A stretch of 44,963 nt of DNA from an uncultured Eubacterium sp. (GCA_904395785.1 CAJFOG010000131.1:1-44963); one strand, 5' to 3'. Shown: positions 32,506-43,336, counted from the stretch's first letter. A program made the numbers and translations. Notes: generated from the sequence alone by a model not told the origin.

Positions 32506-33795
32506 ATGCTTAAAAAGATATCCAGCATGTTTAAAAATAAAGATATTCGTTCTCGAATACTATTTACATTAGCTATGCTGTTTATCTTCCGCTTTGGTGC
32601 TGCTATCACTGTTCCAGGAGTTGATATGAGCGCAATGACGAACGCAACAGGCAACTCATTGTTCGAGATGATCAATCTCCTTGGAGGTGGTGGTCTTGAA
32701 CAGTTGTCTGTTTTTGCTTTAGGAGTAGGTCCTTATATTACTGCATCCATTATTATTCAATTATTATCAATGGATGTAATTCCTGCTTTGACAGAATTGT
32801 CTAAAGGAGGAGCTTCTGGGAAAAAACAGATTGATCGTTATACACGTTACCTGGCTGTAGTATTAAGCTTCATCCAGGCTTCAACGCTAATATATGGGTT
32901 TTCAAAGGCGTATCCATCATTACTATCTGATGGATCTAGTATAGCGACAATTTTATATATAGCAACTGTTCTTACTGGTGGAAGTATGTTCTTGCTTTGG
33001 ATAGGAGACCGCATTACAATGAAAGGAATTGGTAATGGGGTTTCTATGCTTATATGCGCAGGGATTGTTTCAAGAATGCCTCATCAGTTTATGACTGCTT
33101 GGAATTCATTAATTGGAACAACAGCTAATGTATCTGTAAATGGGGTACTAGCTTTTACTGGTTTTATCTTTAGTTATTTATTGATTATCATTTTCGTTGT
33201 GTTTATGCAAACAGCAGAACGAAAAATTCCAATTCAATATACATCAAGTTCTATTACAACTAGAAAAAAAGATATGACATATTTACCTTTAAAAATAAAT
33301 TCAGCTGGGGTAATTCCTGTTATTTTTGCTTCTGCAATTATGGTTGCACCACTTACAATTTGTCAAATGGTAACAAATGCAAGTTGGGTGAAAACATTGG
33401 AAACATATTTAGGTATGAAAACTCCAGTTAGCCTTATGATTTATGTTGTATTAATCTTATTATTTACTTTCTTTTATACAAAACTTCAAGTTGATCCTGA
33501 AAAAATAGCGGAAAATTTAGGTAAGTCAGGGACATATATACCTGGTGTAAGACCGGGAAGTGAAACAAAAGTTTATATAAATAAAGTGTTAAATAGAATT
33601 ACAGTGTTAGGTGCTATCGGATTAGCATTTATTGCGGTATTACCACATGCACTTCCATTATTTACATCATTACCACAATCTATGGGTATTGGTGGTACTG
33701 GTGTTATCATTGTGGTTGGTGTAGCAATGGAAACTGTAAAACAAATTGAAGGAAGAATGACACAGAAATCTTATCGTGGATTTCTACAAAGATAG
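32506..33795 (+). CDS. secY: Preprotein translocase subunit SecY
   Basis: ALGVGPYITASII, AGVIPVIFA, IPGVRPG; ATG 32506. Confidence 0.97.
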   Translation: MLKKISSMFKNKDIRSRILFTLAMLFIFRFGAAITVPGVDMSAMTNATGNSLFEMINLLGGGGLEQLSVFALGVGPYITASIIIQLLSMDVIPALTELSKGGASGKKQIDRYTRYLAVVLSFIQASTLIYGFSKAYPSLLSDGSSIATILYIATVLTGGSMFLLWIGDRITMKGIGNGVSMLICAGIVSRMPHQFMTAWNSLIGTTANVSVNGVLAFTGFIFSYLLIIIFVVFMQTAERKIPIQYTSSSITTRKKDMTYLPLKINSAGVIPVIFASAIMVAPLTICQMVTNASWVKTLETYLGMKTPVSLMIYVVLILLFTFFYTKLQVDPEKIAENLGKSGTYIPGVRPGSETKVYINKVLNRITVLGAIGLAFIAVLPHALPLFTSLPQSMGIGGTGVIIVVGVAMETVKQIEGRMTQKSYRGFLQR

Positions 33796-33807
33796 TAGGT
33801 GTATAAA

Positions 33808-34455
33808 ATGAATATTCTAATTATGGGTGGACCTGGTGCTGGAAAAGGTACTATGTCTGCAAAAATTGTAGAAAAATTTAATGTAAACCATATTTCAACT
33901 GGAGATATTTTCAGAAGTGAAATTGGAAATGGTACTGCACTTGGGTTAGAAGCAAAAAGCTATATGGATAAAGGATTATTAGTTCCAGATGAGCTTGTAA
34001 ATAACATGGTAAAGAGTTATTTAGAAAACCTTGAAGATAAAAAGAATGGTTTTTTATTAGATGGATACCCAAGAACATTAGATCAAGCAAAAGCTTTTGA
34101 TGCATTAGCTGGTGATGGCGAATTAGCAATTGATAAAGTTATTGCAATGGAAATTGATTTTGATGTATTGGCAGGAAGAATCACTGGTCGTCGTATTTGT
34201 AAAGATTGTGGAGAAATTTATCATATCGCATCAAAGCCTTCATCTGTTGAAGGAAAGTGTGATAAATGTGATGGAGAACTTTACCAAAGAAAAGATGATA
34301 CAGTAGAAAGTTTAACTGTTCGTTTAGATGAATATAGTAAACAAACAGAACCTGTTCTTGCGTACTATGAAGAAAAAGGTATCGTAAGAAAAATTAATGC
34401 TGATCAACCAATCGACAATGTTTGGAATGATGTTTTAACTGCTTTGGAGGATTAA
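33808..34455 (+). CDS. adk: Adenylate kinase (Zn-lid type)
   Basis: GGPGAGKGT, HISTGD, LDGYPRT, CxxC..CxxC lid. Confidence 0.97.
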   Translation: MNILIMGGPGAGKGTMSAKIVEKFNVNHISTGDIFRSEIGNGTALGLEAKSYMDKGLLVPDELVNNMVKSYLENLEDKKNGFLLDGYPRTLDQAKAFDALAGDGELAIDKVIAMEIDFDVLAGRITGRRICKDCGEIYHIASKPSSVEGKCDKCDGELYQRKDDTVESLTVRLDEYSKQTEPVLAYYEEKGIVRKINADQPIDNVWNDVLTALED

Positions 34456-34456
34456 A

Positions 34457-35203
34457 ATGATTGTATCCAAAACGGATCAAGAGTTGACATATATGAAAAA
34501 AGCAGGTATAATTGTTGCGCTTGCACATCGTGCAGCGCAATCAGTTATACGCCCTGGAATTACCACTAAACAAATAAATGAAGTTGTGGAAAAAACAATT
34601 TTAGAAAATGGCGGTATACCGTCATTTAAAGGTTTATACGGTTTTCCAGCAGCAGCTTGTATATCTGTAAATTCTGTCATGGCTCATGGTATTCCTGATG
34701 ATACTATATTACATGACGGAGACATTGTTTCAGTAGATATTGGTGCCTGTTATCAGGGATATCATGGTGATTCAGCATGGACTTATGCTGTTGGTAATAT
34801 TAGCGAGGATGCTAAATCCTTACTGAACATTTGCGAAAAATCTTTATACGAAGGTTTAAAAATGGCAAAAGCTGGCAATCATTTAACTGATATATCTCAT
34901 GCGATTGGAGAATTTGTTTTTAGTAATGGATACTCTATGCCAAGAGATTATGCAGGACATGGTATTGGGACTTCAGTACATGAAGAACCAGCTGTTCCAA
35001 ATTTCGGCCCGGCAGGACAAGGAATCCTACTTAAAGAAGGAATGACTTTTGCTGTAGAACCTATGGTTTTTGCAGGGAGGCCACAAACACGATCATTGCC
35101 TGATGGTTTTGGCATTGCTACGCGTGATGGAAAGCTCAGCGCACATTTTGAACATACGATCGTAATTACAAAAGACGGGTATGAAATACTTACGAAAGTT
35201 TAA
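34457..35203 (+). CDS. map: Type I methionine aminopeptidase
   Basis: HGIP, D..GD, GHGIG..HEEP, EPM, HFEHT. Confidence 0.96.
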   Translation: MIVSKTDQELTYMKKAGIIVALAHRAAQSVIRPGITTKQINEVVEKTILENGGIPSFKGLYGFPAAACISVNSVMAHGIPDDTILHDGDIVSVDIGACYQGYHGDSAWTYAVGNISEDAKSLLNICEKSLYEGLKMAKAGNHLTDISHAIGEFVFSNGYSMPRDYAGHGIGTSVHEEPAVPNFGPAGQGILLKEGMTFAVEPMVFAGRPQTRSLPDGFGIATRDGKLSAHFEHTIVITKDGYEILTKV

Positions 35204-35223
35204 AGAGGAGGAGCACTCAAATA

Positions 35224-35442
35224 ATGGGTAAACAAGATGTTATTGAAATTGATGGAGTAATTACTGATACTCTACCAAATGCAATGTTTAAAGTGAAATT
35301 GCCTAATGGACACGAAATTCTGGCTCACGTTTCTGGTAAAATCCGTATGCATTACATCCGCATTTTACCAGGGGATCGTGTTACCGTTGAAATTTCACCT
35401 TATGATTTAACACGTGGGCGTATTACGTTCCGACACAAATAG
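35224..35442 (+). CDS. infA: Translation initiation factor IF-1
   Basis: [31 protein letters not shown]. Confidence 0.99.
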   Translation: MGKQDVIEIDGVITDTLPNAMFKVKLPNGHEILAHVSGKIRMHYIRILPGDRVTVEISPYDLTRGRITFRHK

Positions 35443-35464
35443 TCGGTAATAAGGAGGAAAACGC

Positions 35465-35581
35465 ATGAAAGTAAGACCATCTGTCAAACCAATATGCGAT
35501 AAGTGCCGCATTATCAAACGTAAAGGCCGTGTCATGGTTATTTGCGAAAATCCAAAACACAAACAAAGACAGGGAAACTAA
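35465..35581 (+). CDS. rpmJ: 50S ribosomal protein L36 (not in the ORF track)
   Basis: Manual translation [48 protein letters not shown]. Confidence 0.98.
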   Translation: MKVRPSVKPICDKCRIIKRKGRVMVICENPKHKQRQGN

Positions 35582-35598
35582 TGGAGGTGTAATGTAAA

Positions 35599-35964
35599 AT
35601 GGCTCGTATTGCAGGTGTTGATTTACCACGCGATAAACGCGTTGTAGTATCATTAACTTATATTTATGGAATTGGCCGCACAACGGCGGAAAAAATTCTT
35701 GCAACAACAGGAATTAGCGAAGATATTCGTGTTAAAGATTTAAATGATGATCAAGTAAACGCTATTCGTACTGAGATTGACAAAATCAAAGTAGAAGGTG
35801 ATTTACGTCGTGAAGTTGCATTAAACATCAAACGTTTAATGGAAATCGGATGCTACCGTGGAATTCGTCACCGTAGAGGATTACCAGTTCGCGGTCAGCG
35901 TACTAAAACAAATGCTCGTACGCGTAAAGGTCCAGTTCGTACGGTAGCAAACAAAAAGAAATAG
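35599..35964 (+). CDS. rpsM: 30S ribosomal protein S13
   Basis: [25 protein letters not shown]. Confidence 0.99.
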   Translation: MARIAGVDLPRDKRVVVSLTYIYGIGRTTAEKILATTGISEDIRVKDLNDDQVNAIRTEIDKIKVEGDLRREVALNIKRLMEIGCYRGIRHRRGLPVRGQRTKTNARTRKGPVRTVANKKK

Positions 35965-35985
35965 GACGATAGGAGGAAGTAAATA

Positions 35986-36381
35986 ATGGCAAAAAATGTA
36001 AAAGCGGGCGCTCGTAAACGTAAAGCACGTAAGAATATTGCTCGTGGATGTGCACACATTCACTCAACTTTTAACAACACCATCGTTACTATTACTGACG
36101 AAAATGGAAACGCAGTAGCATGGTCAAGCGCTGGTGCATTAGGATTTAAAGGTTCTCGTAAATCTACACCATTTGCTGCTCAAATGGCAGGAGAAGCTGC
36201 TGGTAAAGCTGCAATGGAAAATGGAATGAAAACTGTATCTGTTAACGTTAAAGGTCCAGGGCCTGGACGTGAAGCAGCTGTAAGAGCATTACAGGTTGCT
36301 GGATTAGAAATTACAATGATTAATGATGTAACTCCTATTCCACACAACGGTTGTCGTCCACCTAAACGACCACGTGGTTAA
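35986..36381 (+). CDS. rpsK: 30S ribosomal protein S11
   Basis: [26 protein letters not shown]. Confidence 0.99.
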   Translation: MAKNVKAGARKRKARKNIARGCAHIHSTFNNTIVTITDENGNAVAWSSAGALGFKGSRKSTPFAAQMAGEAAGKAAMENGMKTVSVNVKGPGPGREAAVRALQVAGLEITMINDVTPIPHNGCRPPKRPRG

Positions 36382-36408
36382 TCAAAAGCGTAATTGAGGA
36401 GGTATAAT

Positions 36409-37368
36409 ATGCAAAAATTCGAACGTGCACATTTTGAAATTAAAGAATACAATGATTCAGAACATTATGGTAAGTTTGTATTTGGACCTTTAGAGAGAGG
36501 GTTTGGTACAACTATTGGGAATGCACTAAGACGTGTTTTGCTCTCCTCTTTACCGGGAGCTGCCGTATTCTCAATCAAAGTTGATGGTGTTTATCATGAA
36601 TTTACATCTATCCCTGGGGTTGTAGAAGATGTAACGGCAATCATTTTAAATATCAAAACTCTTGTTATGAAAATTCAAGATGATGAAGTTTATACTTTAA
36701 GAATTTCTAAACAAGGGCCTGGGGCTGTTAAGGGTGAAGACATTATTTGTCCTGAAGGTGTTGAAATTTTAAGTAAAGACCTTCATATCTGTACATTAGA
36801 AGAAGGTGGTTCATTAGAAATGGAACTACAGGCACGTGTTGGACGTGGTTATGTAAGTGCTGATACTAATAAGCAGTTATATCAAACACCAAATCAGCCT
36901 TTAGGAATCATTTATACGGATTCAATTTACACACCAATTGAAAAAGTATCTTATACTGTTGATCCTGCTCGTGTTGGGCAAGATGCAAACTATGATAAAG
37001 TTACTTTAGAAGTATGGAGTGATTCTTCAATTAGTCCTGCAGAATCCGTAGCCCTTGCTTCTAAAATCTTAATTGATCATTTAGGGCTTCTGACTAATGT
37101 ACATGAAGCAGTAAATGAAATGGAATCTGTAATGAAGGAAGCTCAGGGTGAAGTACAAAATAAAGGACTTGTTATGATGATTGAGGATCTTGACTTATCT
37201 GTTCGTTCATACAACTGTTTAAAACGTGCTGGTATTCAAACTGTTGAAGAATTAACGCAAAGAACAGAAGACGAAATGATGAGAGTAAGAAACTTAGGTA
37301 AAAAATCATTAAAAGAAGTTAAAGATAAGATTTATGACTTAGGATTAAGTTTTAAATCATATGAATAA
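36409..37368 (+). CDS. rpoA: RNA polymerase alpha subunit
   Basis: PLERGFGTTIGNALRRVLLSS, LSVRSYNCLKRAG; RBS GAGGAGG before ATG 36409. Confidence 0.98.
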   Translation: MQKFERAHFEIKEYNDSEHYGKFVFGPLERGFGTTIGNALRRVLLSSLPGAAVFSIKVDGVYHEFTSIPGVVEDVTAIILNIKTLVMKIQDDEVYTLRISKQGPGAVKGEDIICPEGVEILSKDLHICTLEEGGSLEMELQARVGRGYVSADTNKQLYQTPNQPLGIIYTDSIYTPIEKVSYTVDPARVGQDANYDKVTLEVWSDSSISPAESVALASKILIDHLGLLTNVHEAVNEMESVMKEAQGEVQNKGLVMMIEDLDLSVRSYNCLKRAGIQTVEELTQRTEDEMMRVRNLGKKSLKEVKDKIYDLGLSFKSYE

Positions 37369-37392
37369 ATGTAACGAAGGAGGCTACTACCA

Positions 37393-37758
37393 ATGTGGAA
37401 TCGTAAATTAGGACGTAAAGCTGACCACCGTAAAGCTTTATTACGTAACATGGCTACATCTGTGATCGCTTATGGTCAGATTGAAACTACAGAGATGAAA
37501 GCAAAAGAACTTCGTACTGTTGTTGACGAATTGATCACTTTAGCTAAACGCGGTGACTTACACGCTCGTCGTCAAGCTGCAGCTTATGTACGTGACATCG
37601 TTGTTGATGAAACTACTGGACAAACAGCATTACAAAAATTATTTAATGAAATAGGTCCAGCTTACAAAGACCGTAATGGTGGATATACAAGAGTTATCAA
37701 AACAAGAGTACGTCGTGGAGATGCTTCTCCTATGGCAATCATTGAATTGGTAAAATAA
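37393..37758 (+). CDS. rplQ: 50S ribosomal protein L17
   Basis: RKLGR, LITLAK, RNGGYTR, RRGD. Confidence 0.98.
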   Translation: MWNRKLGRKADHRKALLRNMATSVIAYGQIETTEMKAKELRTVVDELITLAKRGDLHARRQAAAYVRDIVVDETTGQTALQKLFNEIGPAYKDRNGGYTRVIKTRVRRGDASPMAIIELVK

Positions 37759-37780
37759 AAGCATCGAATGATGCTTTTTT
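37757..37780 (+). terminator. Intrinsic terminator ending the alpha operon
   Basis: AAAAGCATC-gaat-GATGCTTTTTT. Confidence 0.8.
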
Positions 37781-37841
37781 ATATTTTTAGTGTGTTTTTT
37801 TCCAGTTTATGATAAAATATGAAAAAGAAATAGGTGATAAA

Positions 37842-38420
37842 ATGAGTTTAATTCAAGAAATGGAATTGTATGCAAAAGAACATAATGTTCCAATCATGCA
37901 AAAAGATGGTGTACATTTTTTATGTGATTTTATAAACGAACATAAATGTACTCGTATTTTAGAGATTGGTAGTGCAATTGGATATTCAGCTATTTGTATG
38001 GCGATGTTAGCTAATAATTTGCATATAACTACAATTGAACGTGATAAAGTACGTTATCAAAAAGCAGTGGAATATGTTAATAAAAGTGGATTAAGTTCTC
38101 AAATTCATATTATTCATGGAGATGCGCTTGATATGGATATAGATGGCATGTTCGATTTATTATTTATTGATGCAGCAAAAGCACAATATATTAAGTTTTT
38201 TGAAAAATATGAAAAAAATGTTAAAAAAAATGGTTATATTATAACTGATAACTTGAGTTTTCATGGATTTGTGGAAAATAAAGATTTAGTAAAGAGTAAG
38301 AACTTAAGACAATTAGTCGGAAAGATTCAAAGATTTATAGACTATCTACAAAACAGAGCTGATTATGATACTATTTTTTTAGAAAAAGGCGATGGTATAG
38401 GAATCAGTAGAAAAAAATAG
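37842..38420 (+). CDS. O-methyltransferase, YrrM/TrmR-like
   Basis: VPIM, ILEIGSAIGYSA, FIDAAKAQY, TDN..FHG, GDG; RBS AGGTGA before ATG 37842. Confidence 0.85.
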   Translation: MSLIQEMELYAKEHNVPIMQKDGVHFLCDFINEHKCTRILEIGSAIGYSAICMAMLANNLHITTIERDKVRYQKAVEYVNKSGLSSQIHIIHGDALDMDIDGMFDLLFIDAAKAQYIKFFEKYEKNVKKNGYIITDNLSFHGFVENKDLVKSKNLRQLVGKIQRFIDYLQNRADYDTIFLEKGDGIGISRKK

Positions 38421-38478
38421 TTTGTATGTATCATTTTTAATTTTTTGTGATAAAATAAAGTAAAGGAAGTGATGATAT

Positions 38479-39057
38479 ATGAAAAAGTTAATACCAATTT
38501 TAGCACTAGCTGCAGGGGCTGCTGCTTTTGTAGCATACAAAATGAAAAAAGATGAGAAAAAAGTTATGGAATTAGATGAAGGGCTATTATACGATGATGA
38601 AGATACTATTGAGGAATCGTTAATTAGCGAACCGCAAACAGTAGGTGGTATGGAAAATGAATACATTTCAACAGACTCTACTGATACAGAACAAGCAATT
38701 TTATTGTATGATGATCAATATAAAAATTTATCTCAGACGAAAGTAGAAGAAATAAAAAAACACTATGAAGAATCTCTTGAGAAGTTGGCTGTAGAAGGTG
38801 ATGTACACGAAAACGAAAGACCGATTGAACATACAGTAACATTTCTAGATAAAGTAAATCAAGAGGCATTCAAACATGCTGTAGTAAATAGAGGCTTTGT
38901 GATTTCAGTAAATGAACAAGATGATAAAGTTCTTAATATATTGCATATCTCAGCTGTAAATAGCCCTAAATTGCTTGATAATATTTTATTTTTAAATAAT
39001 GAAGCTTTAGCACACCACGGAGTTTACAGCGGATGGAAAACAAAAGTAATGTACTAA
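38479..39057 (+). CDS. Hypothetical protein: N-terminal membrane anchor, acidic linker, C-terminal RraB-like domain
   Basis: MKKLIPILALAAGAAAFVAYK anchor; GD....RPIEH...F and terminal G.Y.GW pattern recognised by eye. Confidence 0.6.
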   Translation: MKKLIPILALAAGAAAFVAYKMKKDEKKVMELDEGLLYDDEDTIEESLISEPQTVGGMENEYISTDSTDTEQAILLYDDQYKNLSQTKVEEIKKHYEESLEKLAVEGDVHENERPIEHTVTFLDKVNQEAFKHAVVNRGFVISVNEQDDKVLNILHISAVNSPKLLDNILFLNNEALAHHGVYSGWKTKVMY

Positions 39058-39080
39058 AGGTGTAAATAACACCTTTTTTT
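39056..39080 (+). terminator. Intrinsic terminator
   Basis: AAAGGTGT-aaata-ACACCTTT plus T-run. Confidence 0.75.
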
Positions 39081-39148
39081 GTATTGTTTAATTGTGCTAA
39101 AGTTATATTCGTTGTATAATTAAACAAGAAATTTAAGAGGTGATATGC

Positions 39149-39976
39149 TTGACAAAAATAAAAGTAAAAGATTTAGCATTTAGTTATGATAATGAAAAAA
39201 ACGCTGTAAATAACGTTTCATTTGAGATAAAGGCAGGTTCTTATACTACAATTATTGGACATAACGGAAGTGGAAAAAGTACGATCGCTAAATTATTAAT
39301 AGGATTATTAGAAGCAAACAATGGAGATATTTTCATTGATAATATGAAACTAAGTGAAGAAACTGTTTATGATATAAGAAATAAAGTAGGAATCGTATTT
39401 CAAAATCCAGATAATCAATTTATTGGATCAACTGTTGCGGATGATATAGCATTTGGATTAGAAAACCATCAAATACCTTCTTATCAAATGCAAGAGATTA
39501 TTGAAACATATGCTTCAAAAGTAAATATGTTGAAATTTTTAAATAATGAACCGACAAAATTATCAGGTGGACAAAAGCAACGAGTAGCAATTGCAGGTGT
39601 TCTTGCGATGCAACCAGAGATTATTATTTTTGATGAATCAACAAGTATGTTAGATCCCCAAGGAAAACAAGAAATTAACGCCTTAATTCAAGAAATACAC
39701 GAAAAAAGTAATATGACAATTATATCTATTACACACGATATCGAAGAAGTAGCAAATTCAGATTATGTTATTGTAATGGACAAAGGAAATATAGTAATGG
39801 AAGGAACGCCAGATACAGTCTTATTACATGAAGATGAATTAATAAAGTTACAGTTAGATATCCCATTTTCTTTAAAACTAATTCATCATTTGACTAAAGA
39901 GGGCATTCAGATTTCTCCACAAGTGGATATTAGAAAGGTGGTAGACACATTATGTCAATTGAATTCAAACAAGTAA
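39149..39976 (+). CDS. ecfA1: ECF transporter ATPase EcfA1
   Basis: GHNGSGKST, VFQNPDNQF, LSGGQKQR, DESTSMLDP; RBS GAGGTG favours TTG 39149. Confidence 0.93.
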   Translation: MTKIKVKDLAFSYDNEKNAVNNVSFEIKAGSYTTIIGHNGSGKSTIAKLLIGLLEANNGDIFIDNMKLSEETVYDIRNKVGIVFQNPDNQFIGSTVADDIAFGLENHQIPSYQMQEIIETYASKVNMLKFLNNEPTKLSGGQKQRVAIAGVLAMQPEIIIFDESTSMLDPQGKQEINALIQEIHEKSNMTIISITHDIEEVANSDYVIVMDKGNIVMEGTPDTVLLHEDELIKLQLDIPFSLKLIHHLTKEGIQISPQVDIRKVVDTLCQLNSNK

Positions 39977-40812
39977 GTCATATATATAATGCAGATACAC
40001 CCTTTTCCTATGCAGCTTTAAAAGATGTTGATTTAACAATTAAACAAGGTAAAATAACTGCAATTATTGGAGAAACAGGAAGTGGAAAATCTACACTTGT
40101 ACAACATTTAAATGCCCTGTTAACCCCTACTTCTGGTGAAATTCAAATACTAGATCAAAAGATTATAGCATCAGAAAAAATAAAAGATGTGAAAGTATTA
40201 AGAAAACAAGTAGGACTGGTATTTCAATTTCCAGAATATCAACTCTTTGAAGAATCTATTTTAAAAGATATTGCATTTGGTCCACAAAATTTTGGTGTAA
40301 CTCAAGAAGAAGCAGAAAAAATTGCGAAAGATATGCTTGATTTAGTTGGGTTACCACAAGATTATTTAGAAAAATCACCATTTGATCTATCTGGTGGACA
40401 AAAAAGAAGAGTAGCAATTGCCGGTATTTTAGCAATGGATCCAAATGTTTTAGTATTAGATGAGCCAACAGCTGGACTAGATCCACAAGGGGCGAAAGAT
40501 ATGATGTCTCTATTTGTGAAAATGAATAAAGAGTATCATAAAACAGTATTAGTTGTGACACATGATATGGAACATGTACTTAACTACTGTGATGATGTGG
40601 TCGTAGTGAAAGATGGAAAAATTGTACAGACATGTGATGTGAAAGAATTTTTTCAATCAACGAAAATATTAGAGGAATTAAATATACAACCACCAATGGT
40701 AATCAAGGTAAGACAAATGTTACAGCAAAAAGGTTTTCAACTATCAGATACGATATTAGATATAGAGACACTTGCGAAACAAATAGCAGAAGAGGTAAAC
40801 AGTAATGAATAA
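39952..40812 (+). CDS. ecfA2: ECF transporter ATPase EcfA2
   Basis: GETGSGKST, VFQFPEYQLFEE, SPFDLSGGQKRR. Confidence 0.93.
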   Translation: MSIEFKQVSHIYNADTPFSYAALKDVDLTIKQGKITAIIGETGSGKSTLVQHLNALLTPTSGEIQILDQKIIASEKIKDVKVLRKQVGLVFQFPEYQLFEESILKDIAFGPQNFGVTQEEAEKIAKDMLDLVGLPQDYLEKSPFDLSGGQKRRVAIAGILAMDPNVLVLDEPTAGLDPQGAKDMMSLFVKMNKEYHKTVLVVTHDMEHVLNYCDDVVVVKDGKIVQTCDVKEFFQSTKILEELNIQPPMVIKVRQMLQQKGFQLSDTILDIETLAKQIAEEVNSNE

Positions 40813-41608
40813 TATTGCGTTAGGTAGATATGTGCCATTACATTCACCAATCCATCGAATGGATCCAAGAGCAAAAATACTAGCATTAATACTTGTAATG
40901 ATTGCGATTTTTATTCCAACAGGATATATTGGATACGCGATTATAGGTATTTTTGTAGTTGGAACAGTATTGGCAGCGAAATTAAAATTAAATTTTTTAT
41001 GGCGTTCATTAAAACCAATGATGTTTATGTTGTTTTTCTTATTAATCATTAATGTATTTGTTGTTAAGCAAGGAACAATATTATTTGAAATTTTCCAATT
41101 TAAAGTATATAGTGAAGCTATTTTTCAAACACTATATATTATGATACGATTAATTTTAATGATTTTCTTAACAACTATTCTAACTGCAACAACAAAACCA
41201 TTAGAATTAACATTAGGAATTGAAGATTTATTAAAGCCATTTCAAAAACTTCATGTACCAGCACACGAAATCGCTATGATGATTTCTATTGCATTGCGTT
41301 TTATTCCAACATTAATCGAGGAGACACAACGTATTATGAAAGCACAGGCATCACGTGGTGTAGATTTTGACAATGGTAAATTTATAGAAAAAATAAAAGC
41401 GATGTTATCTCTAATTGTCCCATTATTTGTTTCTGCATTTCAAAGAGCAGAAGACTTAGCTTATGCTATGGAAGCAAGAGGTTATATACCAAATCGTCCA
41501 AGAACTAGATATAAGCAATTATCAATGAAATTTGCCGATAAGATGTTGATACTTGTTGCGTTCTTATTAGTTTTATGTATGGTGATATTAAATGTGTGGA
41601 TATTATAG
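40805..41608 (+). CDS. ecfT: ECF transporter transmembrane T component
   Basis: DPRAK, IALRFIP, AQASRG and AMEARGY conserved Arg motifs. Confidence 0.93.
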   Translation: MNNIALGRYVPLHSPIHRMDPRAKILALILVMIAIFIPTGYIGYAIIGIFVVGTVLAAKLKLNFLWRSLKPMMFMLFFLLIINVFVVKQGTILFEIFQFKVYSEAIFQTLYIMIRLILMIFLTTILTATTKPLELTLGIEDLLKPFQKLHVPAHEIAMMISIALRFIPTLIEETQRIMKAQASRGVDFDNGKFIEKIKAMLSLIVPLFVSAFQRAEDLAYAMEARGYIPNRPRTRYKQLSMKFADKMLILVAFLLVLCMVILNVWIL

Positions 41609-42347
41609 ATATAAGGTAACGATTAGTTATGATGGAACAAATTATGGAGGATGGCAAAAACAACCAAATACAAATTCTATACAAGAAGAAATAGAATGTG
41701 TATTAAGTAAGATGTTGAAAGAAGACGTTATAATTACCGCTAGTGGAAGAACTGATGCGAAAGTTCATGCATTAGGACAAGTATTTCACTTTGATAGTAA
41801 TAAACAACTAGAAGAAAACAATTGGAAGAAAGCATTAAATTCCTTGTTACCTCGTGATATTCGTGTGCAATCTGTGAAAGCAGTACATCAAGATTTTCAC
41901 GCAAGATTCGATGCTGTGGAAAAACGATATGATTACTTAATCACAGATGATGTGGATAATCCTTTTGTGGAAAACTATATGGCAAAAGATACGAAACAGC
42001 TTGATGTAGCATATATGCAAGAATGTGCAAATGTATTTATTGGAACATATGATTTTACAAGTTTTACAAGTAATAAAATAGATCCAAGAAAACCAAGAGT
42101 AAAAACTATCTCAAAACTAGAAGTAGTGAAAGAAGGACGTAATATACGAATGATTTTTGTTGGTACAGGCTTTTTAAGATATATGGTAAGAATGATTTCA
42201 CAAACACTGATAGAAGCTGGTAAACAACGTCTAACAAAAGAAGAAATAAAAGATATGTTAGATAGTAAAGATAAACATGCATGCCGTCATAAAGCACCAC
42301 CGCAAGGATTATATTTAGTACATGTTCGATATAAAGATGATAAGTAA
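41592..42347 (+). CDS. truA: tRNA pseudouridine(38-40) synthase
   Basis: YDGTNYGGWQ.Q, SGRTDAKVHA, FHARF, GFLRYMVR, APPQGLYL. Confidence 0.96.
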   Translation: MCGYYRYKVTISYDGTNYGGWQKQPNTNSIQEEIECVLSKMLKEDVIITASGRTDAKVHALGQVFHFDSNKQLEENNWKKALNSLLPRDIRVQSVKAVHQDFHARFDAVEKRYDYLITDDVDNPFVENYMAKDTKQLDVAYMQECANVFIGTYDFTSFTSNKIDPRKPRVKTISKLEVVKEGRNIRMIFVGTGFLRYMVRMISQTLIEAGKQRLTKEEIKDMLDSKDKHACRHKAPPQGLYLVHVRYKDDK

Positions 42348-42348
42348 T

Positions 42349-42378
42349 AGAGTCAGAATTTGGTAATTCTGACTTTTT
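42349..42378 (+). terminator. Intrinsic terminator after truA
   Basis: AGAGTCAGAATT-tggt-AATTCTGACTTT plus T-run. Confidence 0.8.
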
Positions 42379-42447
42379 ATTTCATTGTATAAACTTTGCT
42401 TAATAGGTAAAAATTATGGTATAGTAAAGTAAAGGAAGTGAATTTTT

Positions 42448-43245
42448 ATGCGTAAAACAAATTATCACACACATACAAAACGGTGTCATCATGCACAAGG
42501 AAGTGATGAGGAATATGTGTTAAGTGCAATACGAAATGGCTATGAAGAATTAGGATTTTCTGATCATACACCATGGAAATATGATAGCGACTTTGTGGCA
42601 AAGATGAGAATGAAAGATAGTGATTTTGATGAATATTATCAAAGTATTTTAACATTAAAGGAGAAATATAAAGATCAAATATCTATCAAAATAGGATTAG
42701 AATGTGAATACTTTCCAAAATATATGGATTGGTTAAAAGAGTTACTACAAACGTATCATTTAGATTATATTATATTTGGAAATCATTATTATAAAACAGA
42801 TGAAGATCAAATTTACTTTGGAAGAAGATGTAAAGATGATGATATGTTGAAAGCATATATAGATGAAGCTATAGAAGGTATGAAAACAGGATTATATGCG
42901 TATTTGGCACATCCTGATTTATTTATGAGAGCAAAAGATGAATTTGATGATATTGCTAGAGCAGAATCTTATCGTTTATGTAAAGCTGCGAAAGAATTAG
43001 ATGTAATATTGGAATACAATTTAGCAGGTGCTGAATATAATGATAAAGTAGGGAAATGTATGTATCCACATCCAGAGTTTTGGAAGATTGCTGCGAGTGT
43101 TGGGAATAAAGTAATTATAGGTGTAGATGCACATCATCCAAAAGCTTTAGAAACTGACAAATATAGAGATCAAGGGTTACAATTCCTTACAAACTTAGGA
43201 ATTGAAATAGTAGATACAATACCATTTTTACAATATGATAAATAA
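42448..43245 (+). CDS. PHP-domain phosphatase, HisJ/histidinol-phosphatase family
   Basis: NYHTHT.RC.HA, GFSDH, GLECE, AHPD, GVDAH metal ligands. Confidence 0.85.
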   Translation: MRKTNYHTHTKRCHHAQGSDEEYVLSAIRNGYEELGFSDHTPWKYDSDFVAKMRMKDSDFDEYYQSILTLKEKYKDQISIKIGLECEYFPKYMDWLKELLQTYHLDYIIFGNHYYKTDEDQIYFGRRCKDDDMLKAYIDEAIEGMKTGLYAYLAHPDLFMRAKDEFDDIARAESYRLCKAAKELDVILEYNLAGAEYNDKVGKCMYPHPEFWKIAASVGNKVIIGVDAHHPKALETDKYRDQGLQFLTNLGIEIVDTIPFLQYDK

Positions 43246-43300
43246 AGGAATATGTATGTGGAAAAGTAATGTTTAAAATGGTGAAATTTCGATATTTATA

Positions 43301-43329
43301 TTGACATTATAAGGGTTTGATTATAAACT
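43301..43329 (+). promoter_or_regulatory. Sigma-A promoter of rplM-rpsI
   Basis: TTGACA-17 nt-TAAACT. Confidence 0.7.
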
Positions 43330-43336
43330 ATTAAAT

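Noticed and set aside
36381..36409. No rpsD between rpsK and rpoA
   Set aside because: Normal for Bacilli-type alpha operons, where rpsD is elsewhere
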